Shown: in pieces, positions 52,503 through 63,445 of the stretch
Numbering within the stretch: position 1 is the stretch's first letter
Layout: each line of letters starts with the position of its first letter
NCBI GenBank assembly: GCA_050953065.1
Contig: JBMNLZ010000002.1
Coordinates: forward strand, 1-64,000
Reading direction: 5' to 3'
From: Bacilli bacterium
GTDB lineage: Bacteria > Bacillota_I > Bacilli_A > ML615J-28 > CAG-698
DNA: 64,000 nucleotides
Notes under the pieces: generated by a model
What the model saw: the letters and a program-made list of their open reading frames with translations, nothing else
Told to the model about the DNA's origin: nothing
The model's database searches: none
Translations under genes and position numbers: made by a program

Positions 52503-53579
52503 TTATTCTCCTTTATAACCCCAATACACTGGACGATTATAACAATTCCACTCTTCATCCCATCCTTCTGGTTGACTTTTACTTCTAGCTTTAATTTTTA
52601 CTTTGGCTGTAAATGAAAAAACGGAATAACCAACATATTTAACACTTTCTGGTATTATTAAAGATTCTAAATCCCAGCATTCTTGAAATGCCCGCGATTC
52701 TATTCGCTCAACTCCTTCAGGAATATTTATTCTTATCAAATCATGTAAATTGTTGAATGCACGCCCTGCAATCCTTTTAACACTATATCCTTCTATTATA
52801 TTTGGAATGCTTATAGATGTATCTTTATCTTTCCCTTGTACATATCCTACTATACTAGCAAAATATTCATCATTTATTTTTGAAATTCCATATTCAAATT
52901 TATCTTCGGTAACTCCATAACTTATAAATCCTAATATTGTTGTATATATACCATTGCTATATGCGTTCCCCCAACCTTCTGGAATTGTTTCAGTTTTAAC
53001 ACAAATTGTTACTTTTGAGCTATCTCTAAACGCATTTGAGAATAAAGTTTCAACGCTTGTTGGAATTATAACTGTCTCTAAATTTGTACACTCAGCAAAT
53101 GTATATCCATAAATGGTTTTTACTCCTTCAGGTATTATAATATTTTTTAAATTTTCACACTTCCGGAAAACACCTTCACCTAAACTTACATTTTCAGGTA
53201 AATCAACATTTAATAGATTAATGCATTTATAAAATGCATAATAATTAATACTTACAACACTTTTGGGTATAACTATCGCTTGTAGACCACTACACTCAGC
53301 AAATGCTAAGTTCTCTATAACCTTAACGCTTTCAGGAATTGTAACCCATCTTAAACTTTGGTTAGATCTAAAAGCTGATACACCTATACTTGTTACTTCT
53401 TTTCCTTTATAACTTGAAGGTATTATAAGTTCTTTCCCATATTCTACTTCCCCTATATATTTATCTATTTCATAAGTACCATCTTCTTTTAATTCAAAAG
53501 TATAATCTTCATACTTATTGCAAGCAGTAAGTGTTAAAAAGATAACCAAAATTATTAATACACTAAATACTTTTTTCAT
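52503..53579 (-). CDS. BspA-type leucine-rich repeat lipoprotein
   Basis: LTAC lipobox and repeated IPESVxxIxxxAFxxC units. Confidence 0.88.
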   Translation of the reverse strand: MKKVFSVLIILVIFLTLTACNKYEDYTFELKEDGTYEIDKYIGEVEYGKELIIPSSYKGKEVTSIGVSAFRSNQSLRWVTIPESVKVIENLAFAECSGLQAIVIPKSVVSINYYAFYKCINLLNVDLPENVSLGEGVFRKCENLKNIIIPEGVKTIYGYTFAECTNLETVIIPTSVETLFSNAFRDSSKVTICVKTETIPEGWGNAYSNGIYTTILGFISYGVTEDKFEYGISKINDEYFASIVGYVQGKDKDTSISIPNIIEGYSVKRIAGRAFNNLHDLIRINIPEGVERIESRAFQECWDLESLIIPESVKYVGYSVFSFTAKVKIKARSKSQPEGWDEEWNCYNRPVYWGYKGE

Positions 53580-53740
53580 TTACTTTCTCCTTCATTTATA
53601 ATTTAATTGTCTATTGTAATAGTAAACTCAACTTTCATTACTAGTAATTATTCTATCATATATAATTTATATATACAAATATTTATATTTTTAATTATAC
53701 TTTTTAAAAAAACTAATTTATCTAAATACTTCTTATAAAG

Positions 53741-53788
53741 AAAATTAAAGGCTTGAGATTCCAAATAGAATTTCAAGCCTTTTAATTT
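53741..53788 (-). terminator. Intrinsic terminator
   Basis: AAAGGCTTGAGATTC-CAAATA-GAATTTCAAGCCTTT hairpin. Confidence 0.65.
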
Positions 53789-53839
53789 TAAATCGTTTTA
53801 ATAATTGTTGAATTCTTCTTTTTTAAAAGTCAACTTTTA

Positions 53840-56800
53840 TTATTCCGCTACAACAGGTATAGGAAAACCATCTTCTCCATAAATCCAACCAGTTCCATAA
53901 TTATAATAATATGGAATAGGATCTTGAGTAGAATCAGTATGATAATTCCAATCTCCTTCCCAATCAATAATTATTCCAGATTCATCTGCATCTCTAGCTA
54001 CATAAACTGTTAGTGCATAGCAGCCATCAAATACATATGAAGACACATAGTCAATTGTTTCAGGAATTACAACATGAGTTAAACTACTACAATTACTAAA
54101 TACACCTGATAATATCATATTAAATTCTAGGCTAGTACCTGTTATTTCAACAAATACTAATGAGGTAGGAATATAGTATGAAATTGTCTCGTTTCTTACC
54201 GCTTCATAACTACCAGTATATTGAACTGATCCAAATATAAAACCAAAATCACACTCATTATTCGTTGCTATTGAAGATTTACCAGTAAATGGTATTTTAA
54301 GAGTAACTAGTCCACTCATTCCTTTTAGAGCACCTTCTTCAATTATTTGAATTTTAGAACTAGATAGATCAAGATGTTCTACACTTGTAATTCCATCAAA
54401 AGCATTTGAACTAATAGTAAAACTACTAGCACTTCCTGCACCAACTTTTATAGTTTTAAGATTTGTTGGAATATAAAAGACACCTGCTTCGCCTGTAGGA
54501 ACTGTATAACTATAAGAATATTCATCTGTACCAAATATGAAACCAAACCTAGTCTCCAAACCAGATGTACCTACTTCTCTTCCAATATATGGTAAAGTAA
54601 TTTCTTCTAATCCATAACAGCCCTTAAAAGCACCTTCATCTATATACCAAACATTTAAACCTTCTCCATCTTGTCCAATAGATAATGATTTAATACTATG
54701 ACAGTTTTCAAAAGCATATGAATTAATTTCTATTTGCTTGTTATTTTTAATTATAACATTTTGTAAAGATGATGGAATATAGTAGTTTATTCCGCCTGTA
54801 TTTGAAGGAACTTCATAACTGCCACCATATGAAACAGTTCCAAAAATATCACCAAATCTACTACTAGCAATAAACGGTAAGTTAAGGTTAACTAAAGCAC
54901 TCATACCCTTTAGAGCACCCGTTTGAATAGTTACGACTTGAGAAGAAGCTAAATCAAGACTTTCTACACTCTTAAGTCCATCAAAATCATTTGTTAGAAT
55001 GTCAATTGGATGTGCAAGATAACTATCTGTCTCTACTCCAATTTTTATAGATTTAAGACTGTTAGGAATATAATAATAATATCCTGCACCTTTACTTGAA
55101 GGGATTTCATAACTATCTTGGTATTCGCTAAAACCAAATACATAACCAAACTGAGACTGTGGACCAGTTGACCCTATGATAGACCCAACATATGGTAAGG
55201 CAATTTCTTCTAAGCCATAACATCCCTTAAAAGCACCTTCTGATATATAATCAAACGCATAGTCGGCATTTATTTTTTCAACTACTATCGATTTAATACT
55301 ATAACAATTTTCAAAAGCCTTTGAAGCAATTATTAAATATGCAGTTGGATCAACTACTATTTCTACAGTTTGTAAAGTTGATGGAATATAGAAATTTATT
55401 CCAACCTCTCCTGAAGGAACGTCATAGCTTCCCTCATAAAAGACAGTTCCAAAGATATAACCAAATCTAGATTCTCTACCTCCTGCTCCGTATGTTTCAC
55501 CAACAAATGGTACTTTAATATGTTCTAAAGCAATACATCCTTTAAACGCACCTTCTTCAATGGTCCACAATGAAGATGGAGCTATAAATGAAGTAAGACC
55601 ACAATCTTGAAATGCACTTGTCTTTATTAAATTTAACTTTGAACCTTCTGTAAATGTTACAATAGTAAGATTTGTACAACTTCCAAAAGCAAAACCATGA
55701 ATTTCTTCTACCAATTCAGGAATTTGGATTGATACTAAAGCAGTACAGCCCTCAAATACATTTTCTCCAATCTTTTTTGTATTTCTTGGAAGTATCATAG
55801 TCTCAAGAGCAGTACATCCTGCAAATGCATAATTATAAATCAAAGTATCACTTATTTCAGCTTCAAACACTATACTAACAAACGATATACAATCTTTAAA
55901 TGCATTGTTTCGAACTTTAGTTTCACCAGTAATTGTAACACTAGTTAAGCTAAGTGGTAGATAAAAACCATTTGCAGAATAAGTTGTAGTACCCACTGAA
56001 CCATAACTTGATTTACCAAAGATGTAACCAAATCTTGATTCATCTGGATCTGTTGTAGTTTTGTTTTTACCAACAAACGGCACACTGATTTCTTCTAAGC
56101 CATAGCATCCTTTTAAAGCACCTTCACCGATAGAAGTAACTGTATAAGTTAAATTTCTATTTCTAATAGTTAATGACTTAATACTATAACAATCTTCAAA
56201 AGCAACACCTGCAATTGTAATATTTTGTATGCCAGTCTCAATTACAACAGTTTCTAAAACTGATGGAATACAAAATGTCGTTATACCTTCTCCTGCAGGA
56301 ATAGAATAACCTCCAGTATATTGATCAGTTCCAAAGATATATCCAAACCTAGATTCTTGATTTGTTGCTGAAGCAGATTTACCAACAAATGGTAATTTAA
56401 TATATTCTAAAGCAGCACATCCACTAAATACAGCTTGTTCAATAATTGCCACTGTAGACGGGCACTCAAATGAAGCAAAAGCGCAATTTTTAAACGCATT
56501 TTCTCGTATCATACCCAATGTTGAAGTTTCTCTAAATGTTACAGTAGTAAGATTTGTACAACCTTCAAAGGCTGAACTACCAATTTCTTCCAAACTATCA
56601 GGGAATGAAATTGATGCTAAAGCAATACATCCTTTAAATGCACTAGGTCTAATTATATTTACTGTAGAACTCTCTGCAAATGTTATAGAATCAAGAGTTG
56701 AACATCCTTCAAAAGCTGACATATTAATACTTTCTACACTCTTAGGAATTGTAATTGCCCCTAAAGCAATACAATCCTTAAACGCTGAACTTCCAATTGT

Positions 56801-59800
56801 ATTTACTTTAGAAACATCTACAAACGTTACAGTAGCAAGAATTGAACATCCTTCAAAAGCTGATATGCCAATCCCCATTACACTATTAGGAATTATAATT
56901 GATGTTAAATCAACACATTCCTTAAATGCGTAGTCTCCAATAACGCCTATTTTTGAATCTTCTGCAAATGTTACAGTAGTAAGGTTTGAACACCCCTCAA
57001 ATAGACTTGCAGATATACCAGTTACTTTTTTAGGAATATAAATTTCTTCTAAAGCAGTTGCACCCATAAACACTTTATTACCTATTGTAGTTGTTGTTTC
57101 TGGTAATGTAATATCCGTTAATAGAATACAACCCATAAATGCTTCATTCCAAATTGCTGTAAAGCATATATTGTTAGAATCAAATTTTATTTGTGTTAAT
57201 GATATACAATTTTTAAACGAACTATTACCAATTGTTTCGAGAAGACTTGGGAATTCAAATGGTACTGTACCTAATAGAGTACAATCCATAAATACACCAG
57301 CACCAATTTCTACTACATTGCTTGGGAATGCAAAAGTTGGAAGATTACTACAACCACTAAATGCAAAATTACCAATTAAAGTATTCAGTAAATCTTCATT
57401 AAATACTATACTAGTTAAAGATGTACAGTCTGTAAAAGCATAAGCAGGAATTCTAGATGTACCAATGATTGTAACATTAGTTAAACTAGTAGGAATATAG
57501 AAGTCATTTGCTAAATAAGCCTCACCTTCTTCCCCATAACTTGTTTTACCAAAGATATAACCAAATCTTGTTTCATCTGGATCACTTGTATCATTATTTT
57601 TACCTACAAATGGTAAAGAAAGTTTAGTTAAACCAACACATCCCTTAAATGCTTCAGCACCCATTGTATTAACACCATCATTAATACTTACTTCTTCAAG
57701 TGATTTAACGCCATTAAATGCTGATTCAGCAATTTTTTGAGCATTGGTAACATCAATTTTCTTTAATGATGATGGATAATATATATCACCAACTTGATAA
57801 GACCCATTAAACCAAACTGTACCAAAGAAATATCCTAACGTATAATCAAAGCCTGATATTCCGCCAGTTGAATCTTTGCCAATAAAAGGAGTTGTAATAC
57901 TTTCTAATGTTGAACAACTTCCAAAAGCAGCTAGTCCTATCGCAGTTACACTATCACTTATTACTATAGAAGATAATGCCTCACAACCATAGAAAGCACT
58001 TCCTCCAATTTCATCTAAGGAAGAATTATCTGATAGATCAATATTTGTTAATTTTTTACAATTAGCAAATGCTTCACCACCAATTCCTTCTAATAGTGAC
58101 ACACTTCCAAAAGTAACAGTTGTTAAATTGATAGCATTATAAAAAGCTTTTTGATTAATAGTTTGAACACTAGAAGGAATAGTTATTCTTTCAAGCCCAT
58201 TACATCCAGCAAACTGATTTGCAGCAATTTCAGTAGTACCACCTGCTAAAACAAGCATTGCATTTTTCATTGGATTTTGTGTTAATGTTTTATTAATAAT
58301 AGTTCCACCAGTAGAATATACAATCGTCATATTAGCAGGAACATTATCAATATTTCCACCAAAATAATAAGCCAGTGGATGAGCTAGTTCACTAGATAAT
58401 TGAAATTCCATTAAAGAGGTACTTCCTGCCAAGATTGAATAACCGATTTCTTTAGTCTTATTTGAAAATTCTATTGTTTTTAAATTAGGCATATTAGCAA
58501 AAGCATTATTACCAACTTTTTTAATTTCTTCAGGTAAAATTAAAGTTTCTAATGTTGTATTATTCTTAAAAGCATTATCAGCAATTTTAGTAATGTATTC
58601 ACCGCCAACATCTAAAGGTACTGTAAAATTGTTTTGAGTGCCCCCATATTTAGTTACAGTTATTCCATCACTAGGTGCCTCATCTAAAAGAATCATCCCA
58701 GACAATTCCATAGTCCAAAGAGCTAATAACATAACATTTTTATCATATTCATATCTAAATGGCGCTTGAACAATTTGTGAATTGTAACTCCAACCAACAA
58801 AAGTCCAGCCACCATCTCTTGTTGGTGTTTCTAAACTTTCTATGTAATCAAATCTTCTAACTACTTGTGATGCAACTGCACTTTCACCATCATTATTAGG
58901 ATCAAAACTTAAAACAAAGTCTTGTTCTACAGCCCATTGTGCAACTAAAGTTGCATTATTTAAAACTGTATAATTTTCTAAAGCTTCATAATAATACAAA
59001 CCACATTTCCAATAAACAAATGTATAGCCTTCTTTAACTGGTAAAGGTAATTCATATACAGTACCATGAGATAGATTCACCTCATTTATTGGATCTCCTA
59101 AATCATCATAAACCACTCCACCATTAGTATTATAAGTAATTGTATAACTCTTAATTGTATAAGTTGCTTTGATTTCTTTTGAAGCTGTAATATTTTTATA
59201 ATCAATCTCTTGCCAACCATCAAAGTTATAGCCATCTCTAACTGGAGCAGCTGGTGGAGTTGCATCCTCACCATGCTCAACCATTTCTTCTTTAATGATG
59301 TAGTTGTTATAATCTTTAAATTGAACTAAATATTCATTGATTCTAAACTGAGCAACCACCATATTAAGATCACTAGTAACAAAACTAAAATCATAATCCC
59401 AACCAGTAAATGTATAACCATCTCTTTCAGAAACACTTGGAGCTGTAGCTGATGCTCCATGATCTACTGTTTCTACTTTTAATGGGTCGCCTAAATTCCA
59501 ATTATAGAATTTAACTGTATAACTTTTAATTGTATAAGTTGCTTTGATTTCTTTTGAAGCTGTAATATTCTTATAATCAGTCTCTTTCCAGCCATCAAAG
59601 TTATAACCTTCTTTATTTAAATTCAAAGGAGGATTAGCATCATTCCCATGAGCGACCATTTCTTCTTTAATAATATAATCATTATAATCTTTAAATATTA
59701 CTTTATAAACATTTACATCAAATGCAGCATCAACTCTACCACTAGCTTTAACATTAGTATAAGCTCCAGTCCAACCAGTAAATGTTTTACCTGCTACAGC

Positions 59801-60877
59801 TTCTACTACTGGAGGAATTGCATCTTCTCCATAATTAACTTTTTGAGTTTCGCCTTCTTTAACACCATCAATGTAAAAATCAATATCATACTTAATAATA
59901 TTATAAGTTGCTTTAACTTCTAAATCATCTTCAATATTATCAAAGTCTTGATCCCAACCTTTCCAAGTATGTCCTTCTTTTGTTGGGATAGTTGGTGCTG
60001 TTGCACTAGCACCATATAAAACAAATTCAACTTTTAAGATTGTTCCATTATCATCTTTAAATGTTACTTGATATTTATTAATTTGAAATTCTGCTTTTAC
60101 ACTTGTATTAGCAGTTATCTTTTTATAATTTGACCAACCAACAAAAGTATAACCATCTTTAACTGGTTCATCAGGTAAAGTAGCATCTTCTCCGTGAGTT
60201 ATAGTTTGAGGAATTCCATATATATCTTCATCAACATAAAACGTTACTTTATATGATTTAGGATTATATTTTGCAATAACTACTAAATCACTAGTAATAT
60301 TGTTAAATGTTTTACTCCAACCATCAAAGTCATATCCTTCCCTTGTAGGTTCATCTGGAGCAATCGCTGCTTCTCCGTGTCTAACATATGATTCTTGAAT
60401 AGTATAACCATTAAAATCTTTAAACACTACTTTATAAACATTAATATCAAAAGCTGCTTCAATATCAGCTGCTTTTGTAACGTTAGTATAATCTCCTACC
60501 CAACCAGTAAAAGTACAACCTTCTTTAACTGGAGCATCAGGCAAAATAGCACTCTCCCTATATGCTACTTTTTGAGTTTCACCTACTTGAACTCCGTCTA
60601 CAAAAAAATTAATAGCGTATTTTTTAACTTCGTATTCTGCCTTAACTTCTAAATTGCCAGTTACGTTATTAAAATCTACGCTCCATCCAACAAAATCATA
60701 CCCATCTCTAACTGGGTCTTCTGGTGCTTCTGCATTCAAACCACTTTTTACAGATGTAGTTTTTAAGATTGCACCACTGTAATCTTTAAACACTACTTCG
60801 TATTTGCTATCTAAGCAACCCGTTAAAAAAAATAATGCTAATACAAAAGCAATTCCTAAATAAAACTTTCTTATCAT
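53840..60877 (-). CDS. Giant lipoprotein with InlB B-repeat (Flg_new) stalk and BspA-type LRRs
   Basis: LTGC lipobox after ATG 60877 (AGGAG RBS; ORF track extends to 60907). About 10 P.R/KEGYxFxGW repeats, then many IGxxAFxGCxxL repeats. Confidence 0.9.
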   Translation of the reverse strand: MIRKFYLGIAFVLALFFLTGCLDSKYEVVFKDYSGAILKTTSVKSGLNAEAPEDPVRDGYDFVGWSVDFNNVTGNLEVKAEYEVKKYAINFFVDGVQVGETQKVAYRESAILPDAPVKEGCTFTGWVGDYTNVTKAADIEAAFDINVYKVVFKDFNGYTIQESYVRHGEAAIAPDEPTREGYDFDGWSKTFNNITSDLVVIAKYNPKSYKVTFYVDEDIYGIPQTITHGEDATLPDEPVKDGYTFVGWSNYKKITANTSVKAEFQINKYQVTFKDDNGTILKVEFVLYGASATAPTIPTKEGHTWKGWDQDFDNIEDDLEVKATYNIIKYDIDFYIDGVKEGETQKVNYGEDAIPPVVEAVAGKTFTGWTGAYTNVKASGRVDAAFDVNVYKVIFKDYNDYIIKEEMVAHGNDANPPLNLNKEGYNFDGWKETDYKNITASKEIKATYTIKSYTVKFYNWNLGDPLKVETVDHGASATAPSVSERDGYTFTGWDYDFSFVTSDLNMVVAQFRINEYLVQFKDYNNYIIKEEMVEHGEDATPPAAPVRDGYNFDGWQEIDYKNITASKEIKATYTIKSYTITYNTNGGVVYDDLGDPINEVNLSHGTVYELPLPVKEGYTFVYWKCGLYYYEALENYTVLNNATLVAQWAVEQDFVLSFDPNNDGESAVASQVVRRFDYIESLETPTRDGGWTFVGWSYNSQIVQAPFRYEYDKNVMLLALWTMELSGMILLDEAPSDGITVTKYGGTQNNFTVPLDVGGEYITKIADNAFKNNTTLETLILPEEIKKVGNNAFANMPNLKTIEFSNKTKEIGYSILAGSTSLMEFQLSSELAHPLAYYFGGNIDNVPANMTIVYSTGGTIINKTLTQNPMKNAMLVLAGGTTEIAANQFAGCNGLERITIPSSVQTINQKAFYNAINLTTVTFGSVSLLEGIGGEAFANCKKLTNIDLSDNSSLDEIGGSAFYGCEALSSIVISDSVTAIGLAAFGSCSTLESITTPFIGKDSTGGISGFDYTLGYFFGTVWFNGSYQVGDIYYPSSLKKIDVTNAQKIAESAFNGVKSLEEVSINDGVNTMGAEAFKGCVGLTKLSLPFVGKNNDTSDPDETRFGYIFGKTSYGEEGEAYLANDFYIPTSLTNVTIIGTSRIPAYAFTDCTSLTSIVFNEDLLNTLIGNFAFSGCSNLPTFAFPSNVVEIGAGVFMDCTLLGTVPFEFPSLLETIGNSSFKNCISLTQIKFDSNNICFTAIWNEAFMGCILLTDITLPETTTTIGNKVFMGATALEEIYIPKKVTGISASLFEGCSNLTTVTFAEDSKIGVIGDYAFKECVDLTSIIIPNSVMGIGISAFEGCSILATVTFVDVSKVNTIGSSAFKDCIALGAITIPKSVESINMSAFEGCSTLDSITFAESSTVNIIRPSAFKGCIALASISFPDSLEEIGSSAFEGCTNLTTVTFRETSTLGMIRENAFKNCAFASFECPSTVAIIEQAVFSGCAALEYIKLPFVGKSASATNQESRFGYIFGTDQYTGGYSIPAGEGITTFCIPSVLETVVIETGIQNITIAGVAFEDCYSIKSLTIRNRNLTYTVTSIGEGALKGCYGLEEISVPFVGKNKTTTDPDESRFGYIFGKSSYGSVGTTTYSANGFYLPLSLTSVTITGETKVRNNAFKDCISFVSIVFEAEISDTLIYNYAFAGCTALETMILPRNTKKIGENVFEGCTALVSIQIPELVEEIHGFAFGSCTNLTIVTFTEGSKLNLIKTSAFQDCGLTSFIAPSSLWTIEEGAFKGCIALEHIKVPFVGETYGAGGRESRFGYIFGTVFYEGSYDVPSGEVGINFYIPSTLQTVEIVVDPTAYLIIASKAFENCYSIKSIVVEKINADYAFDYISEGAFKGCYGLEEIALPYVGSIIGSTGPQSQFGYVFGFSEYQDSYEIPSSKGAGYYYYIPNSLKSIKIGVETDSYLAHPIDILTNDFDGLKSVESLDLASSQVVTIQTGALKGMSALVNLNLPFIASSRFGDIFGTVSYGGSYEVPSNTGGINYYIPSSLQNVIIKNNKQIEINSYAFENCHSIKSLSIGQDGEGLNVWYIDEGAFKGCYGLEEITLPYIGREVGTSGLETRFGFIFGTDEYSYSYTVPTGEAGVFYIPTNLKTIKVGAGSASSFTISSNAFDGITSVEHLDLSSSKIQIIEEGALKGMSGLVTLKIPFTGKSSIATNNECDFGFIFGSVQYTGSYEAVRNETISYYIPTSLVFVEITGTSLEFNMILSGVFSNCSSLTHVVIPETIDYVSSYVFDGCYALTVYVARDADESGIIIDWEGDWNYHTDSTQDPIPYYYNYGTGWIYGEDGFPIPVVAE

Positions 60878-60974
60878 ACTATTTTCTCCTTTCAGTTTAT
60901 TTTTCAATAAACAGTTAGCATGTCTCTATTTTAAAATTTTTACCTTTAAAAGTCAATGTTTTTTATCTTTCCCA

Positions 60975-61009
60975 AAAAAATAAACGCTAGTTATTTAGCG
61001 TTTATTTTT
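60975..61009 (-). terminator. Intrinsic terminator
   Basis: AAAAAATAAACGCTA-GTTAT-TTAGCGTTTATTTTTT hairpin overlapping the stop codon. Confidence 0.65.
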
Positions 61010-61754
61010 TGATATATTTAATAATTTCAATTATCCCAAAGATTATTGTGATAACTAAAAGATATATTAATCCTAATAAAATAGAATTAATAAAACTCCA
61101 TTTTAAAACATTCATTACCACAAAATAAATTAATCCTACACCTACTACATTAACAAAAGCTTCAATATGTATTTGATGGTCTAATAACTTATTAGCATTA
61201 ACAAAACTCCACCTTGCAACATTCGCACAAAATCCAAAAGCAATATAACTAAGCATCAAACCAATATATGCAATAACACTACTATCTAAAAAATTATTAC
61301 CAATTGAAAGTCCCGTTAATAAAACAAAAATTCCAGTAAACAAATAAATAAAGCCTTCTTTAATTTTATGTTTATTTAAATATAAATAACCTTCTTTAAA
61401 GCAATAAAATAAATAATACTTTTCTTCATCTGTTAACATTAAAGCAATTTCTTCAGCTTCTTTTTGACTAAAAACTTCAGTTAATGATTCAATGTAATTA
61501 ATGATAGCTCTCTTACCTTGATATTCAAGAGTTAAGACAGCTTTATTATTACAAACAATGCAATGTTTATTAACTCCACTTTTCTTACATTTATAACAAT
61601 AATATTTTAACAGTGAAGTTTCATCAAGTCTATCTTCTAATTGATAATTATATTTAATAAATTTATCTTTGCTTTTAAATAAATCATGCCCACAAAAAAC
61701 ACATTTCTCAAAACCCTCTTGACATAAAAACCCACAAAATTCACACTTTTTCAT
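61002..61754 (-). CDS. Zn-ribbon membrane protein
   Basis: Four CxxC motifs in the N-terminus and four C-terminal TM helices. Confidence 0.7.
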   Translation of the reverse strand: MKKCEFCGFLCQEGFEKCVFCGHDLFKSKDKFIKYNYQLEDRLDETSLLKYYCYKCKKSGVNKHCIVCNNKAVLTLEYQGKRAIINYIESLTEVFSQKEAEEIALMLTDEEKYYLFYCFKEGYLYLNKHKIKEGFIYLFTGIFVLLTGLSIGNNFLDSSVIAYIGLMLSYIAFGFCANVARWSFVNANKLLDHQIHIEAFVNVVGVGLIYFVVMNVLKWSFINSILLGLIYLLVITIIFGIIEIIKYIKK

Positions 61755-61766
61755 CTTTACTCCAAT

Positions 61767-62285
61767 TTATGAACTTAACTGACTTTTTAAAACATTTTCA
61801 ATTCCTTGCTTATTTTCAGCTACTAAATGACTTTCTTTTAAACCGGTCTCAGTATTTAAAGTAATACTAATTAAAGAAGGAACATTAGAAATATATAAAT
61901 TATCCCAAGAAGTTATTCCGTTAACTTTATAGTTTCCTTTTTCATCTCCTACCCCATGAGATGTTTCTCCTTCAAAAACTCTAAAGATACCATATTCTGT
62001 TTCACCATTATCAAACATATTTTCACTATCTGATAAATCAAAACCATAAACTGACCTTTTATTTAAGTTGCTCTTTTCTTCTAAAGCTTTTAAATAATCT
62101 AGAATAATAGGTTTTGTTAGATCACAATACCCACAATTATCTTTATAAAAATAAACAAAATATCTATCTTCTTCTTGTGTATATATTTCATTTTGAATTA
62201 AAGATTTAATCTCTACATTTTTATCTTTACAGCCAGTTAAGATTCCAATTAAGATTATTAAAAGAATAATATTAATTCTTTTCAT
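61767..62285 (-). CDS. Thioredoxin-fold lipoprotein
   Basis: LTGC lipobox, YFVYFYKDNCGYC and cis-Pro-like NVPSL. Confidence 0.75.
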   Translation of the reverse strand: MKRINIILLIILIGILTGCKDKNVEIKSLIQNEIYTQEEDRYFVYFYKDNCGYCDLTKPIILDYLKALEEKSNLNKRSVYGFDLSDSENMFDNGETEYGIFRVFEGETSHGVGDEKGNYKVNGITSWDNLYISNVPSLISITLNTETGLKESHLVAENKQGIENVLKSQLSS

Positions 62286-63381
62286 TTGTTTCTTTTCCAC
62301 CTAAAGGATAAGAATATCCAATAACGTGTCTTAAAACACCACCACTCATTAAATCAGCATCTTTTTTAGTATTTCTTAAAAATCCACATTTTTCTAAAAC
62401 TTTTCCAGAATAAATATTTTCTTCTAAACGAGTTGCATAAATATCTGTTTTACCAGATTTAATTAACCACCTAACAAAAGCACTAACTGCCTCTGGAGTA
62501 TATCCTTTACCCCAATATTTTTCACCAACAGCATAAATTATTTGAGCAGATTTTGGATCTTTTTCAATCTTACTTAATCCAACATATCCAATTACTTTAT
62601 CAGTCTCTCTTAAAACAATCGCAAATTTAGTAGATTTTCTGGCCATATAATCTTTAATTAAATTATCAATATCTTCTATTGCATCAGTTCTATCTTTTAA
62701 AGCTTTTGTAAATAAAAATCTATGAACATTTTCATTTCTAAATAACTCATAATAACTCTCTATATCATTATCATTAAATTCTCTAATAGTTAATCTTTTA
62801 CTTTCCAGTGGTCTAAAAGAAAAATATGCACCTTCGTTATATAAATTGTCTTTTAAATATCTATAAGTTACTTTATCTAAAAATTGAAATTTAAATTCAT
62901 TCTCATCAAAATATTTAATTACTTTATAATCTTTATAAACAAAATAGATTGTAATTAAAATACTAATAATTTGAATTGCAATTGCAAAATACATCAATGC
63001 ATTAGTAACCTCATTAGGTAGGACTGTAACAGCAAGCTTTATAATAATCGCAACTATCAAAACAAAAACCGCTAAAAGCAAAGCACCAATACAAGGTAAA
63101 AAAATCTTTAAAAATGTATTTTTTTTAATATTTTGAAGTACATATTTATGCAAATATTGCCTACTAAATTCAAATTCATTTACTCTATAATAAACTCTAT
63201 TATCGCTTAAGCCAATTAATTTATCAACCTCTTCTTCATATGCTTTTTTTGTATAGCCTAAATTTTTATAAAGTAAATTATTCTTTTCTTCAAAAAGAAT
63301 TTTTTCACTACCACACCTAATACACTTATCCATTTTCTCAGTGTTTACTTTTAAACATTCTACACATTGAAATTTTTTCAT
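62272..63381 (-). CDS. Zn-ribbon / 2-TM / RimJ-RimL type GNAT acetyltransferase fusion
   Basis: Two CxxC, two TM helices, then LESKRLTIREF, YWGKGYTPEA and NIYSGKVLEKCGF. Confidence 0.8.
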   Translation of the reverse strand: MKKFQCVECLKVNTEKMDKCIRCGSEKILFEEKNNLLYKNLGYTKKAYEEEVDKLIGLSDNRVYYRVNEFEFSRQYLHKYVLQNIKKNTFLKIFLPCIGALLLAVFVLIVAIIIKLAVTVLPNEVTNALMYFAIAIQIISILITIYFVYKDYKVIKYFDENEFKFQFLDKVTYRYLKDNLYNEGAYFSFRPLESKRLTIREFNDNDIESYYELFRNENVHRFLFTKALKDRTDAIEDIDNLIKDYMARKSTKFAIVLRETDKVIGYVGLSKIEKDPKSAQIIYAVGEKYWGKGYTPEAVSAFVRWLIKSGKTDIYATRLEENIYSGKVLEKCGFLRNTKKDADLMSGGVLRHVIGYSYPLGGKETNEKN

Positions 63382-63411
63382 TTTTACCACCTTACTTAAA
63401 TCCTTTATTTA

Positions 63412-63437
63412 GAAAAAGTTAGGCCTTTACCTAACTT
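63412..63437 (-). terminator. Intrinsic terminator of fba
   Basis: AAAGTTAGG-CCTTTA-CCTAACTTT. Confidence 0.7.
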
Positions 63438-63445
63438 TATTTTTT

